Notes: generated from the sequence alone by a model not told the origin. 64,000 nucleotides of DNA from Candidatus Parcubacteria bacterium (GCA_018669975.1 JABHSK010000005.1:121132-185131), one strand, 5' to 3'; counted from the first letter of the stretch, positions 18,571 to 27,766 are shown. Translations and numbers: made by a program.

Positions 18571-19230
18571 ATGTCAACCGAAAGTCCCAAAGTTCGTACA
18601 GCAGCAGACGTCGATTTACGGGTTGAGGAAATACTAGAAAAGGTAGAAACCGAACTTCAATATTGGGAGATTATCGAAAGTATTGGTGGTTTTGTCTGGC
18701 GCATGAATCATGACATGGGTCATGGTCGAATCGAGGATAAGGATGGCCAGGTTTCTGGTGACGTAGCTTTTATGCAACGAGTTATCGAAAAGCTGGTCAC
18801 TGGACTGTTTGAGAAGTATGGTGTTATCCATCCCAAGAATTGTCCAAAAGTTGAATTTGGTGAGACGCCGCCAGCAGCTCCCGAGGGCACGACCTACTAT
18901 TGGGATTGGTATGATCTTATGAAGCAGGAATCCTATAGTCAGGAATATAATGGCATGATTTGTGCCGCTTGTCCCTATAGTAAGGGTCTAGATTATTTCA
19001 AGGCTCTTGGTGGGAATATTCCCTGTGGCCTTTTTCCTGGCTCTTGCTTTCGTCTGCGCACTCCCTTTGCTTGTTGTATGATAGGTGAAGATCGCAGGTT
19101 CGAGTATACCATGGAGGAGTTTCTGGATAAGTTGCAAGCCGAACATGAACCGGCTGTATTAGCAGCTTTTACTGCTCATCACCTGAAATTGCAAGATCGC
19201 TTCGCTCAAAATCAACAGCAAAAGGGATAA
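18571..19230 (+). CDS. Hypothetical Cys-rich protein (7 Cys including CAAC, CC) in a compositionally foreign cassette
   Basis: A 219-codon ORF in markedly GC-richer DNA with a strong Shine-Dalgarno site (GAGAGGAG). No family recognised. Confidence 0.65.
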   Translation: MSTESPKVRTAADVDLRVEEILEKVETELQYWEIIESIGGFVWRMNHDMGHGRIEDKDGQVSGDVAFMQRVIEKLVTGLFEKYGVIHPKNCPKVEFGETPPAAPEGTTYYWDWYDLMKQESYSQEYNGMICAACPYSKGLDYFKALGGNIPCGLFPGSCFRLRTPFACCMIGEDRRFEYTMEEFLDKLQAEHEPAVLAAFTAHHLKLQDRFAQNQQQKG

Positions 19231-19269
19231 CCTCTTAAAACAATCCAATTCTCTAGAGAGGAGAAGATC

Positions 19270-19905
19270 ATGCATCTCGGTCTAAGTTTGAGTCCACAGC
19301 TAGCCTTGCGGCAGACTCAGCGTCTGAACCTGACACAGACTCAGCGTCTCGACCTACACCAACACTTGTTTGGCTTGCGTCTAGAGCTGGTCGGTCGTTT
19401 GCACGATGAACACTACACGCCCCAGGCCAAGTGTTCAGGCTGTAGCTACAATTTGAAACTTGTTGAAATTCTCCATGGATTTCGTGATGATCCGGATGAT
19501 ATTACTACTGAGTGTCCCAAGTGTCAGCGGCGTTTCACGCCTAGTCTGATTGCTCACGGACGTTTTGGTACCAAAGTTATCTTGAGCTTCTATTGTTCAG
19601 AGCAGACCCTGGCCCGGCTCGACGCCAACATCGACCCTGCTACCTACAAAAAGACACACCCGGCCATTTATCGGTCAGTACTGTTTCATTTTGGTAGCCT
19701 GCGTCAGGCTTTTGCTAGTCAGGGCAGGGAGTACTCTTTTAAGGAGTCCTTCGAATGGGCTGAAAAGGTTGAACCATTCCTGGGTCGTTTGCCTGATACC
19801 GAGATTGCTCGGTGTGCTAACGTTCCTGTGGGTAAGATTCGCCGTTTGCGGCGTAAGTTTGATATCCCTGTCTTTACCAAGCGCAGGACTTGGGATGAGT
19901 TATAA
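19270..19905 (+). CDS. Hypothetical protein with a CxxC…CxxC zinc ribbon and a C-terminal HTH-like segment
   Basis: CSGCSYN…(25)…CPKCQRRF forms the ribbon. The C-terminal IARCANVPVGKIRRLRRKF resembles a transposase/terminase-type HTH. A GAGAGGAG Shine-Dalgarno precedes it. Confidence 0.65.
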   Translation: MHLGLSLSPQLALRQTQRLNLTQTQRLDLHQHLFGLRLELVGRLHDEHYTPQAKCSGCSYNLKLVEILHGFRDDPDDITTECPKCQRRFTPSLIAHGRFGTKVILSFYCSEQTLARLDANIDPATYKKTHPAIYRSVLFHFGSLRQAFASQGREYSFKESFEWAEKVEPFLGRLPDTEIARCANVPVGKIRRLRRKFDIPVFTKRRTWDEL

Positions 19906-19920
19906 TATAATGTTTATTAG

Positions 19921-19945
19921 GAGGCTCTCCGGAGCCTCTTTTTTT
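19921..19945 (+). terminator. Intrinsic terminator (gaggctc-tccg-gagcctc then ttttttt)
   Basis: A perfect 7-bp stem plus a T7 run, 16 nt after the stop of the second cassette gene. Confidence 0.55.
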
Positions 19946-19946
19946 A

Positions 19947-19975
19947 TTGACTGCACAGGTAAAGTATTATATATT
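19947..19975 (+). promoter_or_regulatory. Sigma70-like promoter (TTGACT-17nt-TATATT) for the third cassette gene
   Basis: Read directly. An AAGGAGGA Shine-Dalgarno lies 7 nt upstream of the GTG start. Confidence 0.4.
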
Positions 19976-20016
19976 GGAAGTCGCACTTTTAAACCTAAAT
20001 CAAGGAGGATACTTCT

Positions 20017-20364
20017 GTGACACTAACACATCAACCTAACACCGAGTTGGAGTACTGGCAGGCCTTAGAGGGCTATGAAAAAACAGCCCTGAAGCTCAGA
20101 GATGGCCTAAGGAGAGGCCTAATACCCCGGGCTGAGATATCAGACACCAAACAGACCATTGAGCAGGCAGATACTGCCCTAACAGCTTTGTTCTTAGAGC
20201 TTGAGCGTAGATTTAATATTTTTTGTTATAAAAATCACCCGCAAGGCACTGCTCAACCCAAGGGTACGCAAAAACTCATCGATTGGTGGAATAAAATGGA
20301 CCATTTGGCCCAACAACAGATCATCGTGGGGGACGTAGCCACTAACCAGAAGAAGACTCCTTAA
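20017..20364 (+). CDS. Hypothetical 115-aa protein (GTG start)
   Basis: ORF with a strong Shine-Dalgarno site, its own promoter and its own terminator. No family recognised. Confidence 0.55.
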   Translation: MTLTHQPNTELEYWQALEGYEKTALKLRDGLRRGLIPRAEISDTKQTIEQADTALTALFLELERRFNIFCYKNHPQGTAQPKGTQKLIDWWNKMDHLAQQQIIVGDVATNQKKTP

Positions 20365-20373
20365 CTAGTACAC

Positions 20374-20398
20374 GAGGCTCCAATTGGGGCCTCTTTTT
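20374..20398 (+). terminator. Intrinsic terminator (gaggctcc-aatt-ggggcctc then ttttt)
   Basis: 8-bp stem with one G.U pair, followed by a T-run. Confidence 0.45.
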
Positions 20399-20406
20399 CT
20401 TAAATC

Positions 20407-20507
20407 TTATCCACAATTATAGATTTAATTACAGACCACTCTAAACATTTATATTATTCTGTGGATAAGTTATATTTTCTATTTTGGAAAATATTATCTG
20501 TGGATAA
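20407..20507. promoter_or_regulatory. Cluster of three perfect DnaA boxes (TTATCCACA at 20407-20415; reverse complement TGTGGATAA at 20460-20468 and 20499-20507) in an AT-rich spacer
   Basis: Exact 9-mer matches to the DnaA box consensus. The two reverse copies sit in a 13-nt repeat, tctgtggataagt. Confidence 0.5.
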
Positions 20508-20752
20508 GTATAAAAATCACCCTAAAATTGTAGTTCAAATTGGTCAAAAATCTAGGACAACTTTTTTAAAGTGTGATATAATTCGGTTCATCGATATATT
20601 GACCTAATCTTGGTGCTATAGTGTTTACAACATCGATTAAAAGTGTTATAATTCTGTCGACTTATTAATAAGTTACATAAACAAACCCCTAATTTGAAAG
20701 ATTTATTGGCTAATATTAGCCAAAAGAATAGACCTGAAAAAAGTGTAATATT

Positions 20753-21328
20753 TTGGGTTGTTTTTCGTCATTATTTATGAAAGGTTTTAAAGGTAATTTA
20801 CAAGAAAAAATCGTATTTTTGAGGCTCAAGTCTGGTGACTCAGATGCTTTTGCTTTTTTCTACGATAAATATGTTACTCGTATTTATCGTTTTGTTTTGA
20901 TAAAGGTATCAAACAAGCAGGTGGCCGAAGATCTAACTCAAGATATATTTCTCAAGACTTGGCAGCACTTAGTAGATAAAAGAAATGTAAAGAGCTTCCA
21001 GGCATTTATTTTCCGAGTAGCAAGAAATAGAGTTATTGATCATTATAGGCAGAGCAATAAACAAGAATTGCCATTAGAGTATGTGCCAGAGATTATCGAC
21101 ATGTCTGATAATATAGAGAAGGATCTAGATAAGGCCATAGATAAGGATAAGTTACTTCAAAAAATACAACAGTTAAAACCTACATATCAAGAAGTTTTAT
21201 TACTTAGATACTTAGAAGACCTATCTATAGATGATATAGCTAGAGTTATTCAAAAGGATAAAAATAACGTTCGAGTAATAATTCATAGAGCTTTAAATAA
21301 GCTCAAGCAAATAGCAGACGAAAAATAA
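20753..21328 (+). CDS. ECF-type (sigma-70 family) RNA polymerase sigma factor
   Basis: Region 2 (…GDSDAFAFFYDKY…EDLTQDIFLKTW…ARNRVIDHYR) and a region 4 HTH (LSIDDIARVIQKDKNNVRVIIHRALNKL) are present. The true start may be the internal ATG at 20777. Confidence 0.8.
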   Translation: MGCFSSLFMKGFKGNLQEKIVFLRLKSGDSDAFAFFYDKYVTRIYRFVLIKVSNKQVAEDLTQDIFLKTWQHLVDKRNVKSFQAFIFRVARNRVIDHYRQSNKQELPLEYVPEIIDMSDNIEKDLDKAIDKDKLLQKIQQLKPTYQEVLLLRYLEDLSIDDIARVIQKDKNNVRVIIHRALNKLKQIADEK

Positions 21329-21338
21329 TTTTAAATAC

Positions 21339-22703
21339 ATGAGTTTAAAGAAACAATTTTCCAAACTTAGAAAGTCAGAGGATCTACAACCTGACGAAGC
21401 TTGGAAAAATCAAACTAAATATGAATTGCTATCAGAAATTTCTTCTCAGAACAGACTGATGCAAGCACAAAAGCTGACAACTTCTGAAAAAGTAGATATG
21501 TTGGCCATGAATTTTTTTAATAAGGTGGCGCCATCATTTAGTAAGATGGTAGCCGGCTTTTTGATTGTTATCATGGGCTCCGGTGTAAACATGGCTGCAC
21601 AGGCATCTGTACCAGGTCAAGCATTGTGGCCAGTTAAAAGATCTATTGAAAGAGCTGAGTTGACTCTAACTTTTTCTCCAGTTAAAGAAACTGAAATTCA
21701 TATTAAACATGTTAATAAAAGATTAGATGAAATTGGTAAAATCTTAGAAAGTACAGAAAATGAAATTGAACCAACTGAGACTACTAAGAAAGAAAGAGCT
21801 ATTAAGCAGGCAGTTAGTCATTTAGAACAAGATATTAAATCAGCTGATAATTCTCTAAAAGTAGTTAAAGAAGAAAAAACGCCACTAGAAGTTGTTGAGT
21901 TAGCCAAGAAGGTGACTGATGCTACTAAAGAAGCGGTTGAAGATTTAGAAGAAAAAGCTGTAGATTTAGAGGATATGGCTATTGAAGAAGTTTTGGATGA
22001 TGCCAAGGTCACCCAACAAGAGGTTAATGATGCAGCTGTTAGCTTGGCATTAGAGGTGCATGAAGAAGTGGTAGCAGCCATTGAAGCTAATAAGGTAGTA
22101 GCAGAAAATATAGATATTACCACCACAACAGTACCAGAGATTTTAGAAATAGAAGATGTTGTAGCTGAAGCTGAGGCTAATGCTGTTAAGGCTGTGGTTG
22201 CAGAAATGATTGCTGTTGAAATAATGGAAACAGGAGTAGAAATAGAAGATATCAATGTAAAGGCTGGTGATGCAGCAGACGCAGAAGCAGTGGAAATAAA
22301 TTTAGAAGGTAATGAAGAAACAATAGAAGATATAGAGGATGTTAAAAAGACATCCGAGGAATCTGGAGTAGTCCTAGATGAGGCCAAAGTTTTATTAGAA
22401 GAGGGCTCACTAAAGGATGCTTTAGAAAAAGTTTCCGAAAGTAAAGAGATAAATGAAAAGAATGAGGTTACTTTGGAACAAATAGAAGAACAAAATGAGC
22501 AGGTGGTTAATGAAGGTGTTGAAACTCCAGTTGATGAAGATTTGGATAACACCACATCATCACCAGAAATCATCGAAAATACAGAAGATATAGAAGAGCC
22601 TGGTTCTGACTTAGAGATGACTACTGATGAGGAGGTTATTAAAGAAGAGGATGTAGAGATGGTAGATCCAAAAGATTTGATCTACGATCATCAATTATAT
22701 TAA
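21339..22703 (+). CDS. Membrane-anchored, highly acidic coiled-coil protein; possible cognate anti-sigma factor (assigned by position only)
   Basis: One TM segment (MVAGFLIVIMGSGVNMAAQA) after a ~65-aa N-terminal region, then an E/V/A-rich extracytoplasmic domain. It lies immediately downstream of the ECF sigma gene. Confidence 0.5.
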   Translation: MSLKKQFSKLRKSEDLQPDEAWKNQTKYELLSEISSQNRLMQAQKLTTSEKVDMLAMNFFNKVAPSFSKMVAGFLIVIMGSGVNMAAQASVPGQALWPVKRSIERAELTLTFSPVKETEIHIKHVNKRLDEIGKILESTENEIEPTETTKKERAIKQAVSHLEQDIKSADNSLKVVKEEKTPLEVVELAKKVTDATKEAVEDLEEKAVDLEDMAIEEVLDDAKVTQQEVNDAAVSLALEVHEEVVAAIEANKVVAENIDITTTTVPEILEIEDVVAEAEANAVKAVVAEMIAVEIMETGVEIEDINVKAGDAADAEAVEINLEGNEETIEDIEDVKKTSEESGVVLDEAKVLLEEGSLKDALEKVSESKEINEKNEVTLEQIEEQNEQVVNEGVETPVDEDLDNTTSSPEIIENTEDIEEPGSDLEMTTDEEVIKEEDVEMVDPKDLIYDHQLY

Positions 22704-23116
22704 GGTTATTTAAAAATTAATTATATAAACCTTTAGACAAGCACGGTATCCAACTTAGTCGAGTTGGGCAATAGGTTGAGGGTATTTAGCTTTTATTCCC
22801 ATGCATAGAAGAATAAAGGCTATTATCCCTAACTTATTCGCTAATCGCGCGCGACTTAGGGGTTTGTTTGTAGCTTTATAGCTACGCTAAAGTCCTAATG
22901 TGTTTTATCTAGAAAAGACAGATTAGGCAAATAATTCGTGTTCCTAGAAAAAGTATTTTTTCTATCAGAATTGTAGGCCTATTAATTTAGGTGGTCAGCA
23001 AGGTCGATCGCTGGAGAGCGAGGTACTAGGTTGATAGTTCGATCCCGTTTTTGCGGGGTGTTTACAAGGAAGAGGATAAAATAATTTCTAGCGAACTTAT
23101 TAAAGAAAAAAAATAA

Positions 23117-26100
23117 ATGAGTTTAGTAAAAAGACTTTTAGTGTTTTCTTTGGTAATTACCACTGTCCTATCATTTAGTCCAATAAATGTAGAGGCAGCC
23201 GGTAGTTACGGTGCAGGCTCTTTGCTTGCTAAAGAAGGTGTTGAAGGCGCAGCCGTTTATTACATCGGTTCTGATGACATGAAATATGTTTTCCCAGATA
23301 GTAAGACTTATTTCACATGGTATGAAGACTTCAGTGATGTTGTTAGAGTACCTGTTACAGAATTAGACATGTATGGTAATGGTGGCGCTGTGACTTATCG
23401 TCCTGGTACCTACCTCGTTACTCACGAGGACACAGCAAATGTGTATGGTATAGGTGCAGGCGGTATGTATCACTTAATTCCTTCTGAAGCTGTTGCAACA
23501 GACTTGTACGGAGCAGACTGGGGATCCATGGTAATGGATGTAATTCCTGGTTATTTTTCAACAAGCTATACCGAAGGTTCTGATCTATCAGACATGTACC
23601 CAACAGGTACTTTATTGTCTGATGGTACAGATACTTATTACGTTGATGGCACATCAAAGAGAATCTTTGTTGATGCTGACGCTTTCGAAGCCAATGGCTT
23701 GATGGCTGACAATGTATTAGAAGTTAGCGATCTTTCTGATTATTCCGACGGTAGTTCTATCGACGGTGAAGAGTCAGACATTGCAGGATTCATGCCGGGT
23801 GAAGGTACTCCTGGTGACCCAGTTATTTCTGGTAGCCTTTCATTATCACTAGCTAGTGATACTCCAAACCCAGGTATTTATCCATCTACAGCTTCTGGTT
23901 TAGAAATGTTAAAATTCAAAGCCAAAGCTGGTTCTGATGGTGCTGTCTTAGACGGTATCACAATTGGTCATGGCGGTGTTGGCGCCACTACAGAATTCAT
24001 CAAGATTTATCTGTATGAAGGCGAATCAAGATTGACCAGTGGTAAGACAATCAATTCAAGTACAAATGCTACAGAATTCAACAACTTGAATATTGATTTT
24101 TCTGCCAATGAGACTAAGTATTTGACTGTTGTAGCTGACGCTGGAGTAAGCAAATCTGGTACTCATCTTTTCTCAATCACAGCAGCTGAGCTAGAAGCAG
24201 GCACTGCTACTTTAGGTTCTATAGTAGGTAATGCTATTTCTCTAGGTACAGCTAACGCTGGTGAAGTAGTTATCACTGAAGGTAGTGATCCTTCCAATGG
24301 TAAAGTTGGTGAACAGGACGCAGAATTAACTTCTTTCACTTTGACTGTTGATAGTATTGAAGACTCTTCATTTGAGAGAATTTCACTATATCATGCTGGT
24401 GCTGTTTCACGTGGCGACTTAACTGACCTTGAACTTTACAAGAACAGTAAGTCTGCTGAGAACTTGGTTGCTAGTACTAGTGGCTTAGACAGTGAAGATT
24501 TAGCTGTTTTTGTATTAGATACTCCAGTAGACCTAGAAAAAGGTCAAGCAGTTAAGTTTTATGTATATGGTGACATTTCAGGCGATGCCAAATCTGGCTC
24601 AGCTGAAACTGTTAACTTTTACCTTGATGAAACTTCAGATCTTAAAGTAATGGGTAATAATTATAACGCCCCTCTAGGTGTTGATAATTATGATCAGAGT
24701 TTTAACTCATCAACTGGTTCAGGTACTTATAATGGTGGAGCAGCTGCTCGCTATACAACTATGTACTTGGAAGGTAGTGATGTAACTTTAACTACTGATG
24801 GCCCATCTGCAACAAACATTGATGCTGGTGGTAATTCAGCTGATGATATCAACCTTTTGAATTTCGCTATTGCTTTGACTCAAGAAGCAGACTTAAAGAG
24901 TATTCAGGTTGAGTTACATGCTGTTACTACTGATATGGATGCTAGTGATACTACTGTAACAAGTAATTATATCACTGACGTTAAGATCGTTAATACTGAT
25001 ACAGGTACAACTGTATGGGGTCCAACTGATATCTCAAGTTTCTCTGATATTGGCAATAGTGCTGGTGTTAGTAAGACTTGGACAGATACAGAGACTTTAG
25101 CAGCGGGTACTCATAACTATAAAGTTACAGCTGACTTTAAGAATTCTAGCTTGGACGCTGGTAGTAAAATATACGCTGTGTTAGGTGATAAAGCAGACGG
25201 TAATACACTTATCTCAACTGCTGTTAAATCTACTGGCAACAATACTTATTTAACTAGCATTGTTCCATCAAGCTATACTCAAGGTGCAAATATGACCTTG
25301 AAGGGACCAGCTTTGAAAGCAACTAGAGCAACCACTCCAAACTCTGACGACATCGTTAAGGGTGCTGATGGTGTAACTGTTGCTAACTTGATCTTCTCTG
25401 CAGAAGATAGTGGTGCTGACCTCAAAATAACATCTGTAAAATTCTCAGGTTATGTTGATGGTTGGTCACGTTCTGTCATTTTGACAAAAGATCAAACTGG
25501 TTCTACTTTAGCTATTACTGATTTAGTATCATATGTTCGTGCCTATGCTGAAGAAGCAGATGGTTCTGAAACATTGTTAGGTACTAAAGCATTTAATAGT
25601 TCAGGTGAAGTCACTTTCAGTAGTATAGCTTGGAACATCCCAGCTGGTGAAACCAGAAACTTGCGTGTCGCAGTTGACACCAATGCTGGTCATACAGCTA
25701 CTGTAGGTTTGACTACAATGGACGCTTTCGCTGTTGATATTACTGATTTCTCAGCTGACGTATCAGCCGAGACTTCAAGTGGTACAGCTTTGACAGCTGC
25801 TCAGATGGGTACTGCTACTTCTGACCTTCCAAATACTGCTACTACAGCAGCTACTGGTCCTAAGTTTGCTATGTATTCAGCTGGTACTATCACTGTACAA
25901 GACGGTGCTGACAAACCAGCTGTAACCTTAGTAACAACTGGTTCTTCAGATGTTTATTATCACCAATTAGAGGTGTATACTGCTTATGAAGACTTAGCAA
26001 TCAGCAAGATGAAGTTCTTAGCTAGTGAGAAAGCTGGTAACTTTGCTTCAGTCAAGTTGACTGGTAAGAATACAGCCGGTGATACAGTATCATATACCAC

Positions 26101-27037
26101 TGATGTTGATGGCAGCGGTTACGCTACCTTTACTGGTATGGATTTGAAAGCTGATGATGACGGTGAAAATATCGACATGTATGTAACATTAAACACTGTT
26201 ACTAACGGCGCTTTAGTCGGTAGTTCAGCTACTTGGGACTTACAAACTACTGGTTTTGAAGCCAACGGTGTAGGCGGAAGCAACACTAACGTTGCTAGCT
26301 TTACTAATAGTGATGCTGCTTCAGCTGCTTTGTATGTTGTTAAGTCAAAACCTGTCTTTGCTAATGCTGGTTCAAACGGTTCATTGGCTGACGGTGTAAA
26401 CACCTTGTACAAATTTACTGTCACCCCAGCTGGTGAAGGTAAGATTGCTATCAAGAAGTTGAAATTCAACGTTGACGCTAGTGATGCCAGTGGTTCAACT
26501 CTGAATCTACATAGTTTCAGATTGTACAAAGGCACATCTTGTGATACAGCTATCGATACTGCTTTCTTTACTGACGGCGTATACGGTACTACAACTTTGA
26601 GTTTGTTGAATACTACTACCGCCGATTACGGTGATGCTGCAGCTAGTGTTGCAGTGTACATGTTCTTCGAAGGTACAAGTGATTCTTCATACACTGATGC
26701 TTCTGATTACTATGGTGAATTAGTAGTTCCAACTAGTGGTGAAACTTATTGTTTGAAGGCCACTGTTGCTAACTCAGCTACAAACGACTCTGTCGTTGCA
26801 AGTATTGCTGAGGAAGGACAAGACACTTCAGGTCCTACCTATGGTGCTTTGGCTTATGATCTTGCTGATTATGATTCATTGATTACTATTGGTACTGATT
26901 CTGACATTATCTGGTCTGACTACTCTTCAACTACAAGTCATCAAGACAGTCTAGGTTCTGGTACATCTTCTGACTTCTTCGGAGGTCGTTATCTACCAGG
27001 CTTACAGTCTGATGCAACATCTTTGAGTAAGAGCTAA
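23117..27037 (+). CDS. Giant (1306 aa) secreted Ser/Thr/Gly/Asp/Ala-rich surface protein with an N-terminal signal peptide
   Basis: The signal peptide is MSLVKRLLVFSLVITTVLSFSPINVEA. The mature part is acidic, low-complexity and repetitive. No domain recognised. Confidence 0.6.
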   Translation: MSLVKRLLVFSLVITTVLSFSPINVEAAGSYGAGSLLAKEGVEGAAVYYIGSDDMKYVFPDSKTYFTWYEDFSDVVRVPVTELDMYGNGGAVTYRPGTYLVTHEDTANVYGIGAGGMYHLIPSEAVATDLYGADWGSMVMDVIPGYFSTSYTEGSDLSDMYPTGTLLSDGTDTYYVDGTSKRIFVDADAFEANGLMADNVLEVSDLSDYSDGSSIDGEESDIAGFMPGEGTPGDPVISGSLSLSLASDTPNPGIYPSTASGLEMLKFKAKAGSDGAVLDGITIGHGGVGATTEFIKIYLYEGESRLTSGKTINSSTNATEFNNLNIDFSANETKYLTVVADAGVSKSGTHLFSITAAELEAGTATLGSIVGNAISLGTANAGEVVITEGSDPSNGKVGEQDAELTSFTLTVDSIEDSSFERISLYHAGAVSRGDLTDLELYKNSKSAENLVASTSGLDSEDLAVFVLDTPVDLEKGQAVKFYVYGDISGDAKSGSAETVNFYLDETSDLKVMGNNYNAPLGVDNYDQSFNSSTGSGTYNGGAAARYTTMYLEGSDVTLTTDGPSATNIDAGGNSADDINLLNFAIALTQEADLKSIQVELHAVTTDMDASDTTVTSNYITDVKIVNTDTGTTVWGPTDISSFSDIGNSAGVSKTWTDTETLAAGTHNYKVTADFKNSSLDAGSKIYAVLGDKADGNTLISTAVKSTGNNTYLTSIVPSSYTQGANMTLKGPALKATRATTPNSDDIVKGADGVTVANLIFSAEDSGADLKITSVKFSGYVDGWSRSVILTKDQTGSTLAITDLVSYVRAYAEEADGSETLLGTKAFNSSGEVTFSSIAWNIPAGETRNLRVAVDTNAGHTATVGLTTMDAFAVDITDFSADVSAETSSGTALTAAQMGTATSDLPNTATTAATGPKFAMYSAGTITVQDGADKPAVTLVTTGSSDVYYHQLEVYTAYEDLAISKMKFLASEKAGNFASVKLTGKNTAGDTVSYTTDVDGSGYATFTGMDLKADDDGENIDMYVTLNTVTNGALVGSSATWDLQTTGFEANGVGGSNTNVASFTNSDAASAALYVVKSKPVFANAGSNGSLADGVNTLYKFTVTPAGEGKIAIKKLKFNVDASDASGSTLNLHSFRLYKGTSCDTAIDTAFFTDGVYGTTTLSLLNTTTADYGDAAASVAVYMFFEGTSDSSYTDASDYYGELVVPTSGETYCLKATVANSATNDSVVASIAEEGQDTSGPTYGALAYDLADYDSLITIGTDSDIIWSDYSSTTSHQDSLGSGTSSDFFGGRYLPGLQSDATSLSKS

Positions 27038-27064
27038 ATAGCTTTTTATCTAAGATATATAAGG

Positions 27065-27090
27065 AAAAGCCCCCTAACGGGGGCTTTTCT
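27065..27090. terminator. Strong bidirectional intrinsic terminator (aaaagccccc-taac-gggggctttt)
   Basis: Perfect G/C stem flanked by A4 and T4 runs. Confidence 0.65.
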
Positions 27091-27150
27091 GATTGGAAAA
27101 ATCGTGTTAAGATAAGCTCGAGAAAATAGTAATAATTAAGCAATAAAACA

Positions 27151-27762
27151 ATGAAAAAAATATTATCATTCCTTGTCTTAGTAGTCGTTATATTAGGTTT
27201 GGGTTGGTATTTTTCTAGTGATGATAGCCAAAAAGAAGTGGAACAATGCCTGGCTACCAAATCAGATGAAGATTGTTACAGGCAGTTTTTACAGGCTGGT
27301 ATTGATTTTTATGCCACTGAAAATCCTGATTATCAATCTGCGCTAGAGCAATTCAAACTATCTGCCCAATCTTATGCCAATGATAAGACCAAGGGTTATA
27401 CAGTTTGGAGAAATATGGCCAATGCTCATATGGAGTTGAAACAATATGATGAAGCAAAGGAAATATTTAATGATCTCTTGCAAATCAATCATGGTGATAT
27501 GAGTCTAGTTTATCTAGACTACATCCGTCTTTATGACATGCAAAAGGATTATGAAACAGCCCTACAGGTAGCCCAAGAAGGTTTTGATAAATTTTCTGAA
27601 GTTGTCTTTCTCTATAAGCAGGCCAATATTTTAGAAGACCTGGAGCGTTATGCTGAGGAGGTAGAAATATATGAGCAGATTCTAGAAATGACTGATTTGG
27701 AAAGAAGATCTTCAGTTGAATATAAAATAGAAAAATTAAAAGCAGTCCATAATTTAGATTAA
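27151..27762 (+). CDS. TPR-repeat protein with an N-terminal membrane anchor
   Basis: An N-terminal TM segment and TPR-like helical repeats (…YANDKTKGYTVWRNMANAHMELKQYDEAKEIF…). Confidence 0.55.
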   Translation: MKKILSFLVLVVVILGLGWYFSSDDSQKEVEQCLATKSDEDCYRQFLQAGIDFYATENPDYQSALEQFKLSAQSYANDKTKGYTVWRNMANAHMELKQYDEAKEIFNDLLQINHGDMSLVYLDYIRLYDMQKDYETALQVAQEGFDKFSEVVFLYKQANILEDLERYAEEVEIYEQILEMTDLERRSSVEYKIEKLKAVHNLD

Positions 27763-27766
27763 TCTT

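Noticed and set aside
19691-20020. 109-aa + strand ORF overlapping the second cassette gene in another frame
   Set aside because: It lies in GC-rich DNA where random long ORFs are expected. It has no Shine-Dalgarno site, and it runs across the terminator and promoter separating genes 2 and 3.
18571-20364. Possibility that the GC-rich stretch is a structured RNA gene (rRNA, RNase P, tmRNA, group II intron) and not coding
   Set aside because: No conserved rRNA, RNase P or tmRNA motifs are seen. Three long stop-free frames, each preceded by a near-consensus Shine-Dalgarno site and a promoter, make protein-coding the far more likely reading.
21818-22573. 251-aa Ser/Thr/Ala-rich ORF on the minus strand
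   Set aside because: It is antisense to the GAA/GTT-rich acidic region of the gene at 21339-22703. It has no Shine-Dalgarno site and is a compositional artefact.
23040-23060. tRNA T-arm-like GTTCGATCC
   Set aside because: The flanks do not form a T-stem, acceptor stem or anticodon arm. It is an isolated motif, not a tRNA.
26119-26535. 138-aa minus-strand ORF inside the giant surface protein gene
   Set aside because: It is embedded antisense within a well-supported 3.9-kb gene. No independent signals.
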